Assembly: GCA_944390525.1 (NCBI GenBank) | Contig: CALXQH010000051.1 | Coordinates: 1 to 58,649 of the forward strand | Length of the DNA: 58,649 bases | From: an uncultured Clostridia bacterium | Lineage (GTDB): Bacteria > Bacillota > Clostridia > TANB77 > CAG-508 | Direction: 5' to 3' | Shown here: positions 1 to 10,580 of the stretch, piece after piece | How the letters are laid out: each line of letters begins with the position of its first letter | How positions within the stretch are numbered: position 1 is the first letter of the stretch | Notes under the pieces: generated by a model | What the model saw: the letters and a program-made list of their open reading frames with translations, nothing else | Database searches by the model: none | Told to the model about the DNA's origin: nothing | Translations under genes and position numbers: made by a program

Positions 1-83
1 AAATGAAGGAAATGTTGAAAAATTATGTAAAATGGTGTAAAAAAAAAAAGAGTATAAAAATTAAAAAAAAAAAAGGAGAAAAT

Positions 84-3000
84 ATGAAAAATAAAATTAT
101 AAAAATTACAATATTATTAATAGTAATTTTATTGGGAGCCATAGGATTGGCTATTTCCGTAGAAGAAAACATAACTTTACAAACAGCAAAAGTAACAAAT
201 AATGCGGCAAAAAATACTCAAAGTTCATATAACATAAATGTTGAAACACCTTGGCAGATTAGTAATAAACTAGAATATATGAGAATAAGACTAAGAAGAA
301 CAAATCGTCAAGGGTTTTCATATTATGATGCTTTGCCTATGTATGACAAAGATCCAAGTATAAAAATATACTGTATTGAACCAGGTGCAAGAGTTAGCTT
401 CCGCCATTATGGTTATGAATATGATGATTATAGAATAATAACAACTAAGGAAGACTTAATAAATAGCGGTTATACAGAATATTACATGACACCTATTTAT
501 AACAGTGCTGGTATATTTGAATTACCTGTAGCAGCATCTTACATATTATCTGCAGAAGATAAAGAAACTACCGGAGAATATGTAGATATTTATTGTGATG
601 GAAAAATTAATCATGTTTGGCTTAATGAAGATGATGCTAAATGGTTAGAAAAACAACGTGGAATTTGGAGACTATGCAAAAATACTGCTAGTAATGGATA
701 TAGATTAGATATGATATACCCTTACGGAATAGGTGAAAAGCTTATTCTATCAGATGATATATCAATATTTGGTGGAAAAGCATCTATTTATGATTCTGAA
801 GCAAAAAATTATACTGAATATGATTTAACTGTCAGAAATAAAGGATTACAACCTAAAGATAACACAAATATAGACTTAGTGGAAGCAGAATTTAGTAATA
901 ATTTATGCACAGTAGGTCCATTTAATATATCTTATACAAATGGAATTTATGGAAAAGTAGCCTTTGCAGGAATATCAAAAGTAACTCTTATGGGACTTGA
1001 TGCTAATAAAAAAGAAGTACAAGAAATAGAAATAAAAAATTATTATTTGAAAAACAATGTAGGAAATTATACAAAGGTTTCAGCAGATTCTATGTATTTC
1101 TTCTCAGGAGATAATGAATATAAAATAGACAGACTAAACGGAAACGAACAATATATAAAATCAGGTCAAGATTTTAAATTAGAATTTGAATATCCAAGTA
1201 ATTCAACTATAGTATATGCTAAATTAAAAGTAGAATTTAAATATATGCTAGCTAATGGTGAATACAACAAATTAGTAGGTATGGAATACTATATTTGGGA
1301 TGGAATATTTGGAGAGACTAAAAACCAAACTTTAATTGCAGCAGATGCAGATAGAACTATATATACAGAAAATCTAGAACTTGAACCTGTTGAAATAAAA
1401 TTACCATATTTAGGCGGTAATGTATGGGAAGATGGTTTAGGAAGTAAAGAAAATATAGCTGATGGAAAAAACAACACAACAAATGATGTTCCATTGCCAA
1501 ACATAAAAGTTACATTATATACAGCCGATGGAAATCTAGCAACTTTACAAGCAGACCCAAATCAATCAGGAATTTCTAACGAAGATATAATGCATAGAGT
1601 AAATCCAACATATACAGATAAAGACGGAAATTACTTATTTGAAGGAATATATCCAGGAAAAGAATATTATGTAGAATTTGAATATAATGGACAAATATAT
1701 TTACCAACAAAGAAGATAATTCCAGAAGCAGAAGATACATCAAAAGGCTTAGAAAAAGCAAATGAAAGAACAGATTTTAATAATAAATTTGCTGAAATAG
1801 GAGCATATCCAGAAAATTACAAAACTTCAAATTCACTAGAAAAAAATTTAGGAACATATAATAAAGTATATTCACAATATGAATTAATGGGATATACTCT
1901 AAATGAAGAAGGAAAATATCAAAAAACAGGCATTCAGCTAATAGATGGATATTTATATGAAGAGAACGGAAACCAAACTATAACATATGAACAAGGTGAA
2001 ATATCTAAAAAAATATTAGATTATATACAAAAAAATAAAAAATCACCAGATATAAAAGAGATTTATTCATCAATAGCAGGTAATGACACAGAAATGTGGA
2101 GAAAACTTCAATATATAGAAGACTGTAAAATTAAGTCATATTCTGATAAATATACAGCTACATCTGAATATAAAGATTATATTAATCAAGGATTATGGAG
2201 AAGACAAGAAGAAAGATTAATATTAACAAAAGATGTTCTTTATGGAGCAACAAGAATAAATGGAAAAACAGAAGTTTATGAATATGATGATAGAGAAGAT
2301 GCAAATTGGGAAATTCAAACTAGAATGAAAAATTATGCTCAATATTATAGTGGAGCATATGTAAATGGAATTTATCAATCTGACTTAGTATATGATGGAA
2401 AAAATGTTGGAAACACTGATAATTTATTAGAAGTATATATAACATATAAAATTACTATAAAAAACTCTTCTCAGAACATTTTAACACAAATAACAGAAGT
2501 AGTAGATTATTATGATGAAGACTATACTTTTATTGATAACTTATCTTGGGTAATGTATGGAAACAAGGATGAATTAAAACTAACTAGAACAAATTATTAT
2601 GATATGATTGATAGCTTATCATTGAACAAAATTCCTAATGCTAAAGACATAATTAGTAATACAAGTAGCAAATATGGAGAAAATACACAAAAAAATATTT
2701 CTGATGAAACAAAAGCAATTTATATTAGAGGATTAGAGGATAAAAAATTAACAGCAGGGGAACAAGCATATATTTATCTAACATTTAAAGTTAATAAACA
2801 AGATGTAACTGAAAATGACAATATTTATGCAAACTATGCAGAAATAAATGGTTATAAAACATTTTATGCAAATGGTACTGAATTACCTAATGGAAATAAA
2901 ATTACAGACGATAAAACTGTAGCAGGAATAATAGATCAAAAATCAATACCAGGAAATTTAACAGCAGCAGACTTAACTGGAACAAAATATGAAAAAAACT

Positions 3001-4700
3001 TTGAAAATGATACAGACCGTGCAAAAGGAATAAATGTAAAACAAAACAGTGGAAATAGAGTTATAAATGGAACGGTTTGGGAAGACCAAAGAACAAAAAT
3101 ATTTAATAATGTTGCTATAGGAGACGGTATAAGAGATGAAAACGAAAAGGGAGTAATAGGAGTAACTGTTTTACTATTAGAAGTATTAGATGACGGTACA
3201 GAATACTTATGGCAAACAACACAAACTGATTTAAATGGTTACTATCAATTTCCGCCAAAAGGAGAAGAAAATTCAAATGGTATTATTCCTGGAAACTATA
3301 TAGTAAGATTTATATATGGTGGCAATCAACAGACTTTATCAACAATATTAAGAGAAGATGGAACATTAGAAAAGTTATCATATAATGGTCAAGACTTTAA
3401 ATCAACAGTATATCAAAAAGATATGACATCTGGCAATGACTTAGAAAAAGAATATTATGATATTTCAGGATTAGACAGCTATGGCAAAAATTTATCAGAT
3501 GCAAAAGATTTATGGGAAGATAAAAAAGTTACAATAAAACAAGAAAATCAATTGCAAAATCAAAATGTAACATTACAAGGTAGACAAACTTTAATTAATA
3601 ATAGTAAAACTTTAACAAATGCCTTATCAGAACTTTTAGCATTACCTTATACAAATAGTAATCTTAGTGATGAAGATGTAGATAATTTACGTCCATATAC
3701 AGAAATGGTAGCAGAAACTGCAATTATAAATATTGAAGGAGAATATAATAGAACAGAAAGTAGCTTATCTGATAATAACGGTATTTATGTTCTAAAAAAT
3801 GTAGATTTTGGATTAACAGAAAGACCAAAAGCTCAGCTAGAATTAAATAAAAAAGTAGAACATATTAAAATAAAGCTTGCAAATGGAAATATATTATTTG
3901 ACACTAAACAAGCAACAAATAATTTGATATGGCAGGGAGCTAAAAACTATAATTTAGACACTAAAATAGAAGAAAATAAATACAATTATACGTATATAGA
4001 CAATATATTAAATATACTTAATAGAAACGGTATAATTCAAATTACAATGGACGAAGAACTAATGCATGGTGCAACTGTAGAAATAACTTATAATATAGAA
4101 GTAGCAAATGTTAGTGAAACAGACTATTTAGACAAAGAATTTTATTATAAAGGAGAAATTCCAAACAATGCTACAGTAGTAACAACAACAGCAACACAAA
4201 TACTAGATTATGTATCAAACAATTTACAATATAATGCTTTAAACAATAATGGTTGGGATGCTATAAATGCAGACTCTGTTATAAAAAATGGTTTAGTAAA
4301 TGCAAACTTAAATAATAGTGTAAGTCAAATAAATACTATTTTACAAGCTGATGAAACAAATAAAATGTTGACAGAATTAAAACCTGGAGAAAAGACAGAA
4401 AGTCAACAATTACTATTAACTCAAGTAATTACATCACAAAACAGTAATGATGATTTAACTTATAAAAATGTAGCAGAGATAGTGCAAACTGAAAATACAG
4501 TAGGAAGAAGAATGGCATTTTCAATAGTAGGAAATCAAGATCCAACACAAACAGCCCAAGAAGTGGATACAAGTAGTGCTGAACCAATAATTATATTACC
4601 ACCTTTTGGTGAAGAAAGTTTATACTTAGGACTAACATTAACAGTTATAACAATGCTTGCAAGTGGTATTATATTAATTAAAAAATTTGTGCTTTGTTAA
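84..4700 (+). CDS. Giant cell-surface adhesin-like protein (~1538 aa): signal peptide, putative thioester (TED/TQXA-like) head, SdrD-B/CnaB-like stalk, C-terminal LPPFG + TM + basic tail
   Basis: ORF track gives 3..4700, but the SD AAGGAG precedes ATG at 84, followed by a hydrophobic leader. Motifs: YCIEPG and KQRGIW; SdrD-B-like GNVWED...VTLY...TDKDGNYLFEGIYPG and GTVWED...TDLNGYYQF...PGNYIVRF; ends IILPPFG-hydrophobic-KK. Confidence 0.8.
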   Translation: MKNKIIKITILLIVILLGAIGLAISVEENITLQTAKVTNNAAKNTQSSYNINVETPWQISNKLEYMRIRLRRTNRQGFSYYDALPMYDKDPSIKIYCIEPGARVSFRHYGYEYDDYRIITTKEDLINSGYTEYYMTPIYNSAGIFELPVAASYILSAEDKETTGEYVDIYCDGKINHVWLNEDDAKWLEKQRGIWRLCKNTASNGYRLDMIYPYGIGEKLILSDDISIFGGKASIYDSEAKNYTEYDLTVRNKGLQPKDNTNIDLVEAEFSNNLCTVGPFNISYTNGIYGKVAFAGISKVTLMGLDANKKEVQEIEIKNYYLKNNVGNYTKVSADSMYFFSGDNEYKIDRLNGNEQYIKSGQDFKLEFEYPSNSTIVYAKLKVEFKYMLANGEYNKLVGMEYYIWDGIFGETKNQTLIAADADRTIYTENLELEPVEIKLPYLGGNVWEDGLGSKENIADGKNNTTNDVPLPNIKVTLYTADGNLATLQADPNQSGISNEDIMHRVNPTYTDKDGNYLFEGIYPGKEYYVEFEYNGQIYLPTKKIIPEAEDTSKGLEKANERTDFNNKFAEIGAYPENYKTSNSLEKNLGTYNKVYSQYELMGYTLNEEGKYQKTGIQLIDGYLYEENGNQTITYEQGEISKKILDYIQKNKKSPDIKEIYSSIAGNDTEMWRKLQYIEDCKIKSYSDKYTATSEYKDYINQGLWRRQEERLILTKDVLYGATRINGKTEVYEYDDREDANWEIQTRMKNYAQYYSGAYVNGIYQSDLVYDGKNVGNTDNLLEVYITYKITIKNSSQNILTQITEVVDYYDEDYTFIDNLSWVMYGNKDELKLTRTNYYDMIDSLSLNKIPNAKDIISNTSSKYGENTQKNISDETKAIYIRGLEDKKLTAGEQAYIYLTFKVNKQDVTENDNIYANYAEINGYKTFYANGTELPNGNKITDDKTVAGIIDQKSIPGNLTAADLTGTKYEKNFENDTDRAKGINVKQNSGNRVINGTVWEDQRTKIFNNVAIGDGIRDENEKGVIGVTVLLLEVLDDGTEYLWQTTQTDLNGYYQFPPKGEENSNGIIPGNYIVRFIYGGNQQTLSTILREDGTLEKLSYNGQDFKSTVYQKDMTSGNDLEKEYYDISGLDSYGKNLSDAKDLWEDKKVTIKQENQLQNQNVTLQGRQTLINNSKTLTNALSELLALPYTNSNLSDEDVDNLRPYTEMVAETAIINIEGEYNRTESSLSDNNGIYVLKNVDFGLTERPKAQLELNKKVEHIKIKLANGNILFDTKQATNNLIWQGAKNYNLDTKIEENKYNYTYIDNILNILNRNGIIQITMDEELMHGATVEITYNIEVANVSETDYLDKEFYYKGEIPNNATVVTTTATQILDYVSNNLQYNALNNNGWDAINADSVIKNGLVNANLNNSVSQINTILQADETNKMLTELKPGEKTESQQLLLTQVITSQNSNDDLTYKNVAEIVQTENTVGRRMAFSIVGNQDPTQTAQEVDTSSAEPIIILPPFGEESLYLGLTLTVITMLASGIILIKKFVLC

Positions 4701-4735
4701 AAAATAATCTCGCAATTTATTGCGAGATTATTTTT
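4701..4735. terminator. Bidirectional intrinsic terminator
   Basis: Perfect inverted repeat AAAATAATCTCGCAA-TTTA-TTGCGAGATTATTTT between convergent genes. Confidence 0.85.
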
Positions 4736-4807
4736 AAAATTTAAATTAGTTTGGCTTTCACTATATTAGCTATTTGATAAATAAATACTTTAGGAGTGAA
4801 ATTTAAG

Positions 4808-5260
4808 TTATATTACATCACTGAGTCTCATTTCCATAGGACCTATATAAATATCTTTATTTATATTATCTTTTGAAGGAAAATCATAATCACGATGACA
4901 CTTTATAATTGCATAATTATTATAAATATATATTTTAGACCCTCCATCTAAATAAGCTTCTCTTATACAATAACCATTTTCAGCGTCAATTTCTGCTTGC
5001 TGTATAATTTTTTCCATTATAGAATTATCTTCTTCTAAGATTTTAATTAAGTCTTTTCCTTGAATTTTAACTTTTTCTATTCCATAATAATATATGTCAT
5101 AATCTTCTAGACTAAAAACCTTTTTAGAAACCAATTTTTCTCCTTTAGAAAATACAATGGAAATTTTATTATTTGAATTATACTTTAAAAAATATATGAT
5201 ACATATTGTTATTAATACAATTAAAATACTTATAAATATTATTAAATATCTTTTATACAT
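4808..5260 (-). CDS. Small N-terminally membrane-anchored hypothetical protein
   Basis: 150-aa ORF with an N-terminal TM segment, natural composition and its own consensus promoter upstream. Confidence 0.7.
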   Translation of the reverse strand: MYKRYLIIFISILIVLITICIIYFLKYNSNNKISIVFSKGEKLVSKKVFSLEDYDIYYYGIEKVKIQGKDLIKILEEDNSIMEKIIQQAEIDAENGYCIREAYLDGGSKIYIYNNYAIIKCHRDYDFPSKDNINKDIYIGPMEMRLSDVI

Positions 5261-5301
5261 AATTAAAATCCAAAACCTTTCATATAAATTTACTTATATA
5301 T

Positions 5302-5330
5302 AGTATAATAATTTTACTACTAAATGTCAA
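5302..5330 (-). promoter_or_regulatory. SigA-type promoter for the 4808..5260 gene
   Basis: Minus strand TTGACA-17 bp-TATACT. Confidence 0.7.
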
Positions 5331-5601
5331 TAAAAGAGGAAAAAGGTGAATTCTAAAATATTATGTAAATAAAAAAACAGAATTTACTATTTTATTACAA
5401 AATTAATAATTTTGTAACATAAATTTAATATTTGTGACTTAAAATGACTTTCCGTAAAGATATTTCCAGTTTTCTACAAATTTGGAAAGAAACTACTATT
5501 GAAAAATATATTAAAATTGTTAAAATATAATTAATATATAATATGCGAGTATTAAACAAATAAGAACAAAAATTTGCTAAAAATAAAACAGGAGGGTTAT
5601 A

Positions 5602-8600
5602 ATGAACAAATTATTAAAAAAAATCATCGCTACACTTTTAACAATTACATTAGGTAGTGCGAATCTACTAGTAATAGGTTCATATGGAACTACATATGCA
5701 TTATCTGATTCAGAGCTATCAGAACAAACATCTGAAACAAATAATACAAATATAGAATTTAATGCGTATTTTGAAAACAATATACATATAGAAACAGCAA
5801 AAATTTCAGAAGCTACAAAATTGTTCATTAATGTAAAAGTAAAAAACGCAGGTTATCTAGAAAATGCACAAATTATGTTACAAAATGCTAATTATAAAAT
5901 TAGTCAAGACATAAATAATAAAAATATTCAAAGTGTAGACAAAGAAAATAATAAAATATTACTTAATCAATTAAATAGTGGTTCAAATATAACTCTAGAA
6001 ATACCAATTACTATTTTAAATGATGATAAAGTTTCTTTAGATAATTTTTCAAAAGAGTCAAAAGTTGTACTTACAGGAAACTATATAGATGGAAATGCAA
6101 AAGAAAATGAAATTTATAAAGAAATAGTTAATAAACTTTACTGGGAAGGTACAGCCGAAGGTATAGTTGAAGGAGAACTTACAAAATACATTCCATATAA
6201 TATAGAAGAACAATATGGTGTAATATTACAAGCACAGGTAAATACAGGGATATTAAATAGTACATTACCAATAAAAGAAACACAAGTTAATATAAAAGTA
6301 CCAGAAATAAATAACCAAAAACCTACATCAGTTAATGTTATAGCTAATAATACAAAAGCAAGCAATGGAAATATAGATGGAACAGAATTTGATGCACAAA
6401 ACTATACATATAACAACGAAACAGGAATTGTAACAATTACAGTTACAAATTTACAAAATGCAATTTCATGGGTTAAAGATGTAAAAGACGAATTTTTAGT
6501 TAATTTTACTTTTGAAGGTAAAGATATATATGATTTTGTAAATGAAAATAAACTAAATGCTTTATCTGAAGTAGAGGCAAAAATACAAGTATACAATAAT
6601 GAACCAACTACTATAACTAAAAATACAACTATTGAAATGATAGAAGAAGAAAAGTTAGGAAATATTACAGACTTTGAAATATTAGCATCAGAATATATAA
6701 GTAAAGGTCAAATGTATGCTAACTATGAAGCAGAAGATAAAAAAGAAACAAATTATACAGTACGTTATGAAGCTGTTATTAACAATATAAAATTAGTAGA
6801 TAGCATAACTTTAATTCAATCTAGAGATGAATTAGAGAATGCTACAAATTCATCAACTTTAAACTTAAAAGATAGTGTATATAATAAAACGATAATAATT
6901 AGTCAAAAAATATTTAATAAAATTTTAGGTCAAGATGGAATTATAGAAATATATAATAAAAATAATGAAAAAATAGCAATTATTGATAAAGATGCTAAAA
7001 AAGATGAAGAAGGGAATTATATAACAGATATAAGTTCAAAAGACGAAGCTGAAATATCAATAATAACAAGCAAGCCTATTTCAGAGGGAAAATTAAGTAT
7101 TGAAGTAGAAAAAGCAATAAAAGGTAACTTTCCTTATACAAAACAACAATTAAAAACATCAACAAAATTAAATACTAAATTAGAAGGAAAAATAAATAAT
7201 TCAAGTGTTGAAAAATTAGCAAACATAGAATTAAAAGAACCAAAAAATATTGTTGAACTTTCTTTAAATAAAGCAGAATTAAGTAATATAGTAGAAAATA
7301 AAAATGTAGAAATAAGAGTAACGTTAGATACTTCAAGTATAGATTATGCTTTGTATAAAAATCCTACATTAGAAATAAGATTACCATCTTGTATTAGTAA
7401 ATTAAAATTAAGTTCTTATGATATATTAATGGATAATGGTTTAAAAATAAAAAATGTAAAAGCTGAAAACCAAGATGGAGCAGCTGTGATTTTTGTGCAA
7501 TTAGAAGGAATACAAACAGAATATACAATAGGAGCAGAATATAAAGGTACAATAATCATAATAAATACTGATATAACAGTAAAACCATTAACGCCAAGTA
7601 CAAGAGAAAAAATAATAATGAAATATACAAATGAAAATGATATACTTAGTCAAGCCCAAAATGCAAAAACAAATTCAGTAGAAAGCGATAATATTATTGA
7701 AACAGAAGTTAATTTTGTAGCACCAACAGGAGTATTGTTGTCAAATGGAATTTCAAATTATAAAGAAGATTCTAAAGAAGTATTATCAACAACAGAAGAT
7801 ACAATAACAGCAATAATAAATCCATATACAGAAGAAATAACAGCTAACATTTATGGAAAAGTAGTAAACAACTATGAGAATAATATAGAAAATATACAAA
7901 TTTTAGGAAGATTTCCTATAGAAGGAAATAAAGAAATTGATAGCAATACAGATCTAGGTTCAAATTTTAGTATGAAAGTAGATTCAAATATAGCATTATC
8001 AGGAATAGAAGAGTCAAAATATACCATATATTATTCGGAAAATGCACAAGCTTCAAAAGATATTGCAAACACAAGTAATGGATGGACAACAACAAGAACA
8101 GAAAATGCAAAATCATATTTAATAGTAACCAATGATTATACAATGGAAAAAGGAAAAAGTATAGAATTTTCTTATAATGCTAAAATTCCATCTGATTTAA
8201 AATACAATAAAAGTTCATACGAAATATATAAAGTATATTATCAAAATAATTCAGAGATAGGAAATATTGAAGAAACGAAAAATTCTCCAAAAGTAGAAAT
8301 TACAACAGGAGAGGGACCTGAATTAACTGCTACAATAACTCCAACAGCAGAAGTTATAAGAGAAGGCCAAGTTGTGAAAATGAAATTAGAAGTAAAAAAT
8401 ACAGGAACTATAAAAGCTGAAAATGTTAAAGTAAATATTCCTTTACCAGAATATACTGACTTTGTAGTACTCTCTCCAGGAAGTACATATATTGTTGATG
8501 AAGGAAAATTAAAAAGTTTTGAATTAGGAAACTTAGAGCCAAACCAGACTATAACAGTATCTTACCATATTAGATTTAAAAGACAAATTGAAGAAATTGA

Positions 8601-10566
8601 TACAAGTGAAAATAAAGAGATAATAGTAAAAAATACTGCAACAATGACTGCAGACAATATACAAGGAGAAGTAAAAGTAGAAGATTGTAATTTAACTATT
8701 AAAGAAGGAATAATAGCAGTAAATCTTGTTAGTGATATTGACGAAACACAAATATTACAATCAGGAAATACTATTAGATATGAAGTAGAATTATATAATA
8801 TTTCTGATCAAGATAAAATTGAGAATATAAATGTAACAATAAATCTTCCTAAAGGATTTATTGGAAAGCAAGTAGTTATAGAAAATGAAACTAGGCCAAA
8901 AGAAGAATTAGAAGATGCAATAAAATATAATATAGAAACTAATGTTATAACAGTTAATATAGATAAAATAGAAACAACTAGAAACATAAAACTAACTGTT
9001 TTAGTAAATGACTGTGAAGGAAATGTTAGTGCAAATGCATTTGTTAGTGGAGAAAATATAGAAGAACATTATTCTAATATTTCTGAATATGAAGTAGAAA
9101 AAGTTAATTTAGAAATATCAGAACTAACATCAACACCAACATATATTAAAGAAGGAGAAAAAGTAGAGTATCATCTAAAAATAACAAATAAAGGAAAATC
9201 TGATGTTTACTCAATAAGAGTAACTGATATTTTACCAGAAGGATTAATTTTTGAAAAAGCAACTTATACGATTGATGATGATAATACAGAAAGACTAATT
9301 AACTTTATAGAAGATGATAAATTAGAAATACCAATAACTGAAACACTTGGTTCTAATCAGACTATAAATATCATAATAACTGCTATAGCGGATCTTTTAC
9401 CGGATAAAAATGAAAAAGAAATACAAAATTATGTAAGTATTAAAGCCAATAGTTTTCAAGAAACAAAAACAAATACAGTAATAAATTATATACAATATAA
9501 TAGTGAAATAGATAGACCAAATGATGATGAAGAACAACAAACAGTAAACAGAATAACAGGTGCTGCATGGATAGATGCTAATAAAAATGGAAAAAGAGAT
9601 GAAGATGAGCAAATTTTACCAAATATGGATATTGTTCTTATAAATAAAAAAGACAATACAATAGTGAAAGATATATATACTGGAGAAGAAAAAAGAGTAA
9701 AAACAGATAGTAATGGACAATATGAAATAAATAATTTGCCAAAAGGAGAATACATAGTTATATTTGTATATAATTCATCTATGTATAGTTTAACAACATA
9801 TAAATCAGAAGGTGTAAGCGAACAATTAAATTCTGATGCTGTAGATATATATGTTACACTTGATGGAGTAAAAAGACTAGCAGGAATGTCAGATGTAATT
9901 AAAATTTCAGGTAATGATGTAAGAAATATTAATATTGGTTTATATGAAGCAGAAAAATTTGACTTAAAACTAGAAAAGTATATTACAAAAACTACATTAA
10001 CAACACCAACAATAGGAACAAAAGTTACAACATACGAAGATAAAAAAGTTACTAAAGTAGAAGTTTTAAAGGGAAATTTAGGAAAAAGTAATGTTATCAT
10101 AGAATATAAAATAGTTGTGACAAATCAAGGTACTGTACCAGGATATGTTAAAAAAATAGTAGACTATTTACCAGAAGATGTAAGCTTTTATTCAGAAATT
10201 AATAAAGACTGGTATTTATCAGAAAATGGAAATGCATATAATACAAGCTTAGCCAATACAGTAATTAATCCAGGAGAATCAAAAGAAGTTACAATAATTC
10301 TTAGTAAAATAATAACGGAAAAAAGTTTAGGAACCCTAAATAATACAGCAGAGATATACGAAAGTTATAATGAATTGGGACTAAAAGATGTAAATTCTGA
10401 ACCAGGAAATAAAGCTGAAAATGAAAATGACATGTCAAAAGCAGATATTGTGCTATCAATAGTAACAGGAAAAGTAATAATATATGGATTACTTGGTTTA
10501 ACAATAACTTCAATGCTTGCATTCGGAGTAGTAATGATAAAAAAGAAAGTATTAAATAAAAAATAA
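5602..10566 (+). CDS. Giant cell-surface protein (1654 aa) with DUF11-like Ig repeats, an SdrD-B-like domain and a C-terminal SIVTG + TM anchor
   Basis: SD CAGGAGG; signal peptide; DUF11-like segments (EGQVVKMKLEVKNTG, EGEKVEYHLKITNKG...TDILPEGL); SdrD-B-like ITGAAWIDANKNGKRD...TDSNGQYEINNLPKGEY; TM + KKK tail. Confidence 0.8.
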   Translation: MNKLLKKIIATLLTITLGSANLLVIGSYGTTYALSDSELSEQTSETNNTNIEFNAYFENNIHIETAKISEATKLFINVKVKNAGYLENAQIMLQNANYKISQDINNKNIQSVDKENNKILLNQLNSGSNITLEIPITILNDDKVSLDNFSKESKVVLTGNYIDGNAKENEIYKEIVNKLYWEGTAEGIVEGELTKYIPYNIEEQYGVILQAQVNTGILNSTLPIKETQVNIKVPEINNQKPTSVNVIANNTKASNGNIDGTEFDAQNYTYNNETGIVTITVTNLQNAISWVKDVKDEFLVNFTFEGKDIYDFVNENKLNALSEVEAKIQVYNNEPTTITKNTTIEMIEEEKLGNITDFEILASEYISKGQMYANYEAEDKKETNYTVRYEAVINNIKLVDSITLIQSRDELENATNSSTLNLKDSVYNKTIIISQKIFNKILGQDGIIEIYNKNNEKIAIIDKDAKKDEEGNYITDISSKDEAEISIITSKPISEGKLSIEVEKAIKGNFPYTKQQLKTSTKLNTKLEGKINNSSVEKLANIELKEPKNIVELSLNKAELSNIVENKNVEIRVTLDTSSIDYALYKNPTLEIRLPSCISKLKLSSYDILMDNGLKIKNVKAENQDGAAVIFVQLEGIQTEYTIGAEYKGTIIIINTDITVKPLTPSTREKIIMKYTNENDILSQAQNAKTNSVESDNIIETEVNFVAPTGVLLSNGISNYKEDSKEVLSTTEDTITAIINPYTEEITANIYGKVVNNYENNIENIQILGRFPIEGNKEIDSNTDLGSNFSMKVDSNIALSGIEESKYTIYYSENAQASKDIANTSNGWTTTRTENAKSYLIVTNDYTMEKGKSIEFSYNAKIPSDLKYNKSSYEIYKVYYQNNSEIGNIEETKNSPKVEITTGEGPELTATITPTAEVIREGQVVKMKLEVKNTGTIKAENVKVNIPLPEYTDFVVLSPGSTYIVDEGKLKSFELGNLEPNQTITVSYHIRFKRQIEEIDTSENKEIIVKNTATMTADNIQGEVKVEDCNLTIKEGIIAVNLVSDIDETQILQSGNTIRYEVELYNISDQDKIENINVTINLPKGFIGKQVVIENETRPKEELEDAIKYNIETNVITVNIDKIETTRNIKLTVLVNDCEGNVSANAFVSGENIEEHYSNISEYEVEKVNLEISELTSTPTYIKEGEKVEYHLKITNKGKSDVYSIRVTDILPEGLIFEKATYTIDDDNTERLINFIEDDKLEIPITETLGSNQTINIIITAIADLLPDKNEKEIQNYVSIKANSFQETKTNTVINYIQYNSEIDRPNDDEEQQTVNRITGAAWIDANKNGKRDEDEQILPNMDIVLINKKDNTIVKDIYTGEEKRVKTDSNGQYEINNLPKGEYIVIFVYNSSMYSLTTYKSEGVSEQLNSDAVDIYVTLDGVKRLAGMSDVIKISGNDVRNINIGLYEAEKFDLKLEKYITKTTLTTPTIGTKVTTYEDKKVTKVEVLKGNLGKSNVIIEYKIVVTNQGTVPGYVKKIVDYLPEDVSFYSEINKDWYLSENGNAYNTSLANTVINPGESKEVTIILSKIITEKSLGTLNNTAEIYESYNELGLKDVNSEPGNKAENENDMSKADIVLSIVTGKVIIYGLLGLTITSMLAFGVVMIKKKVLNKK

Positions 10567-10580
10567 AGAAAGGAGAAAAC

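Noticed and set aside
3-83. N-terminal Lys-rich extension of the first ORF
   Set aside because: It derives from A-runs upstream of the clear SD and ATG at 84.
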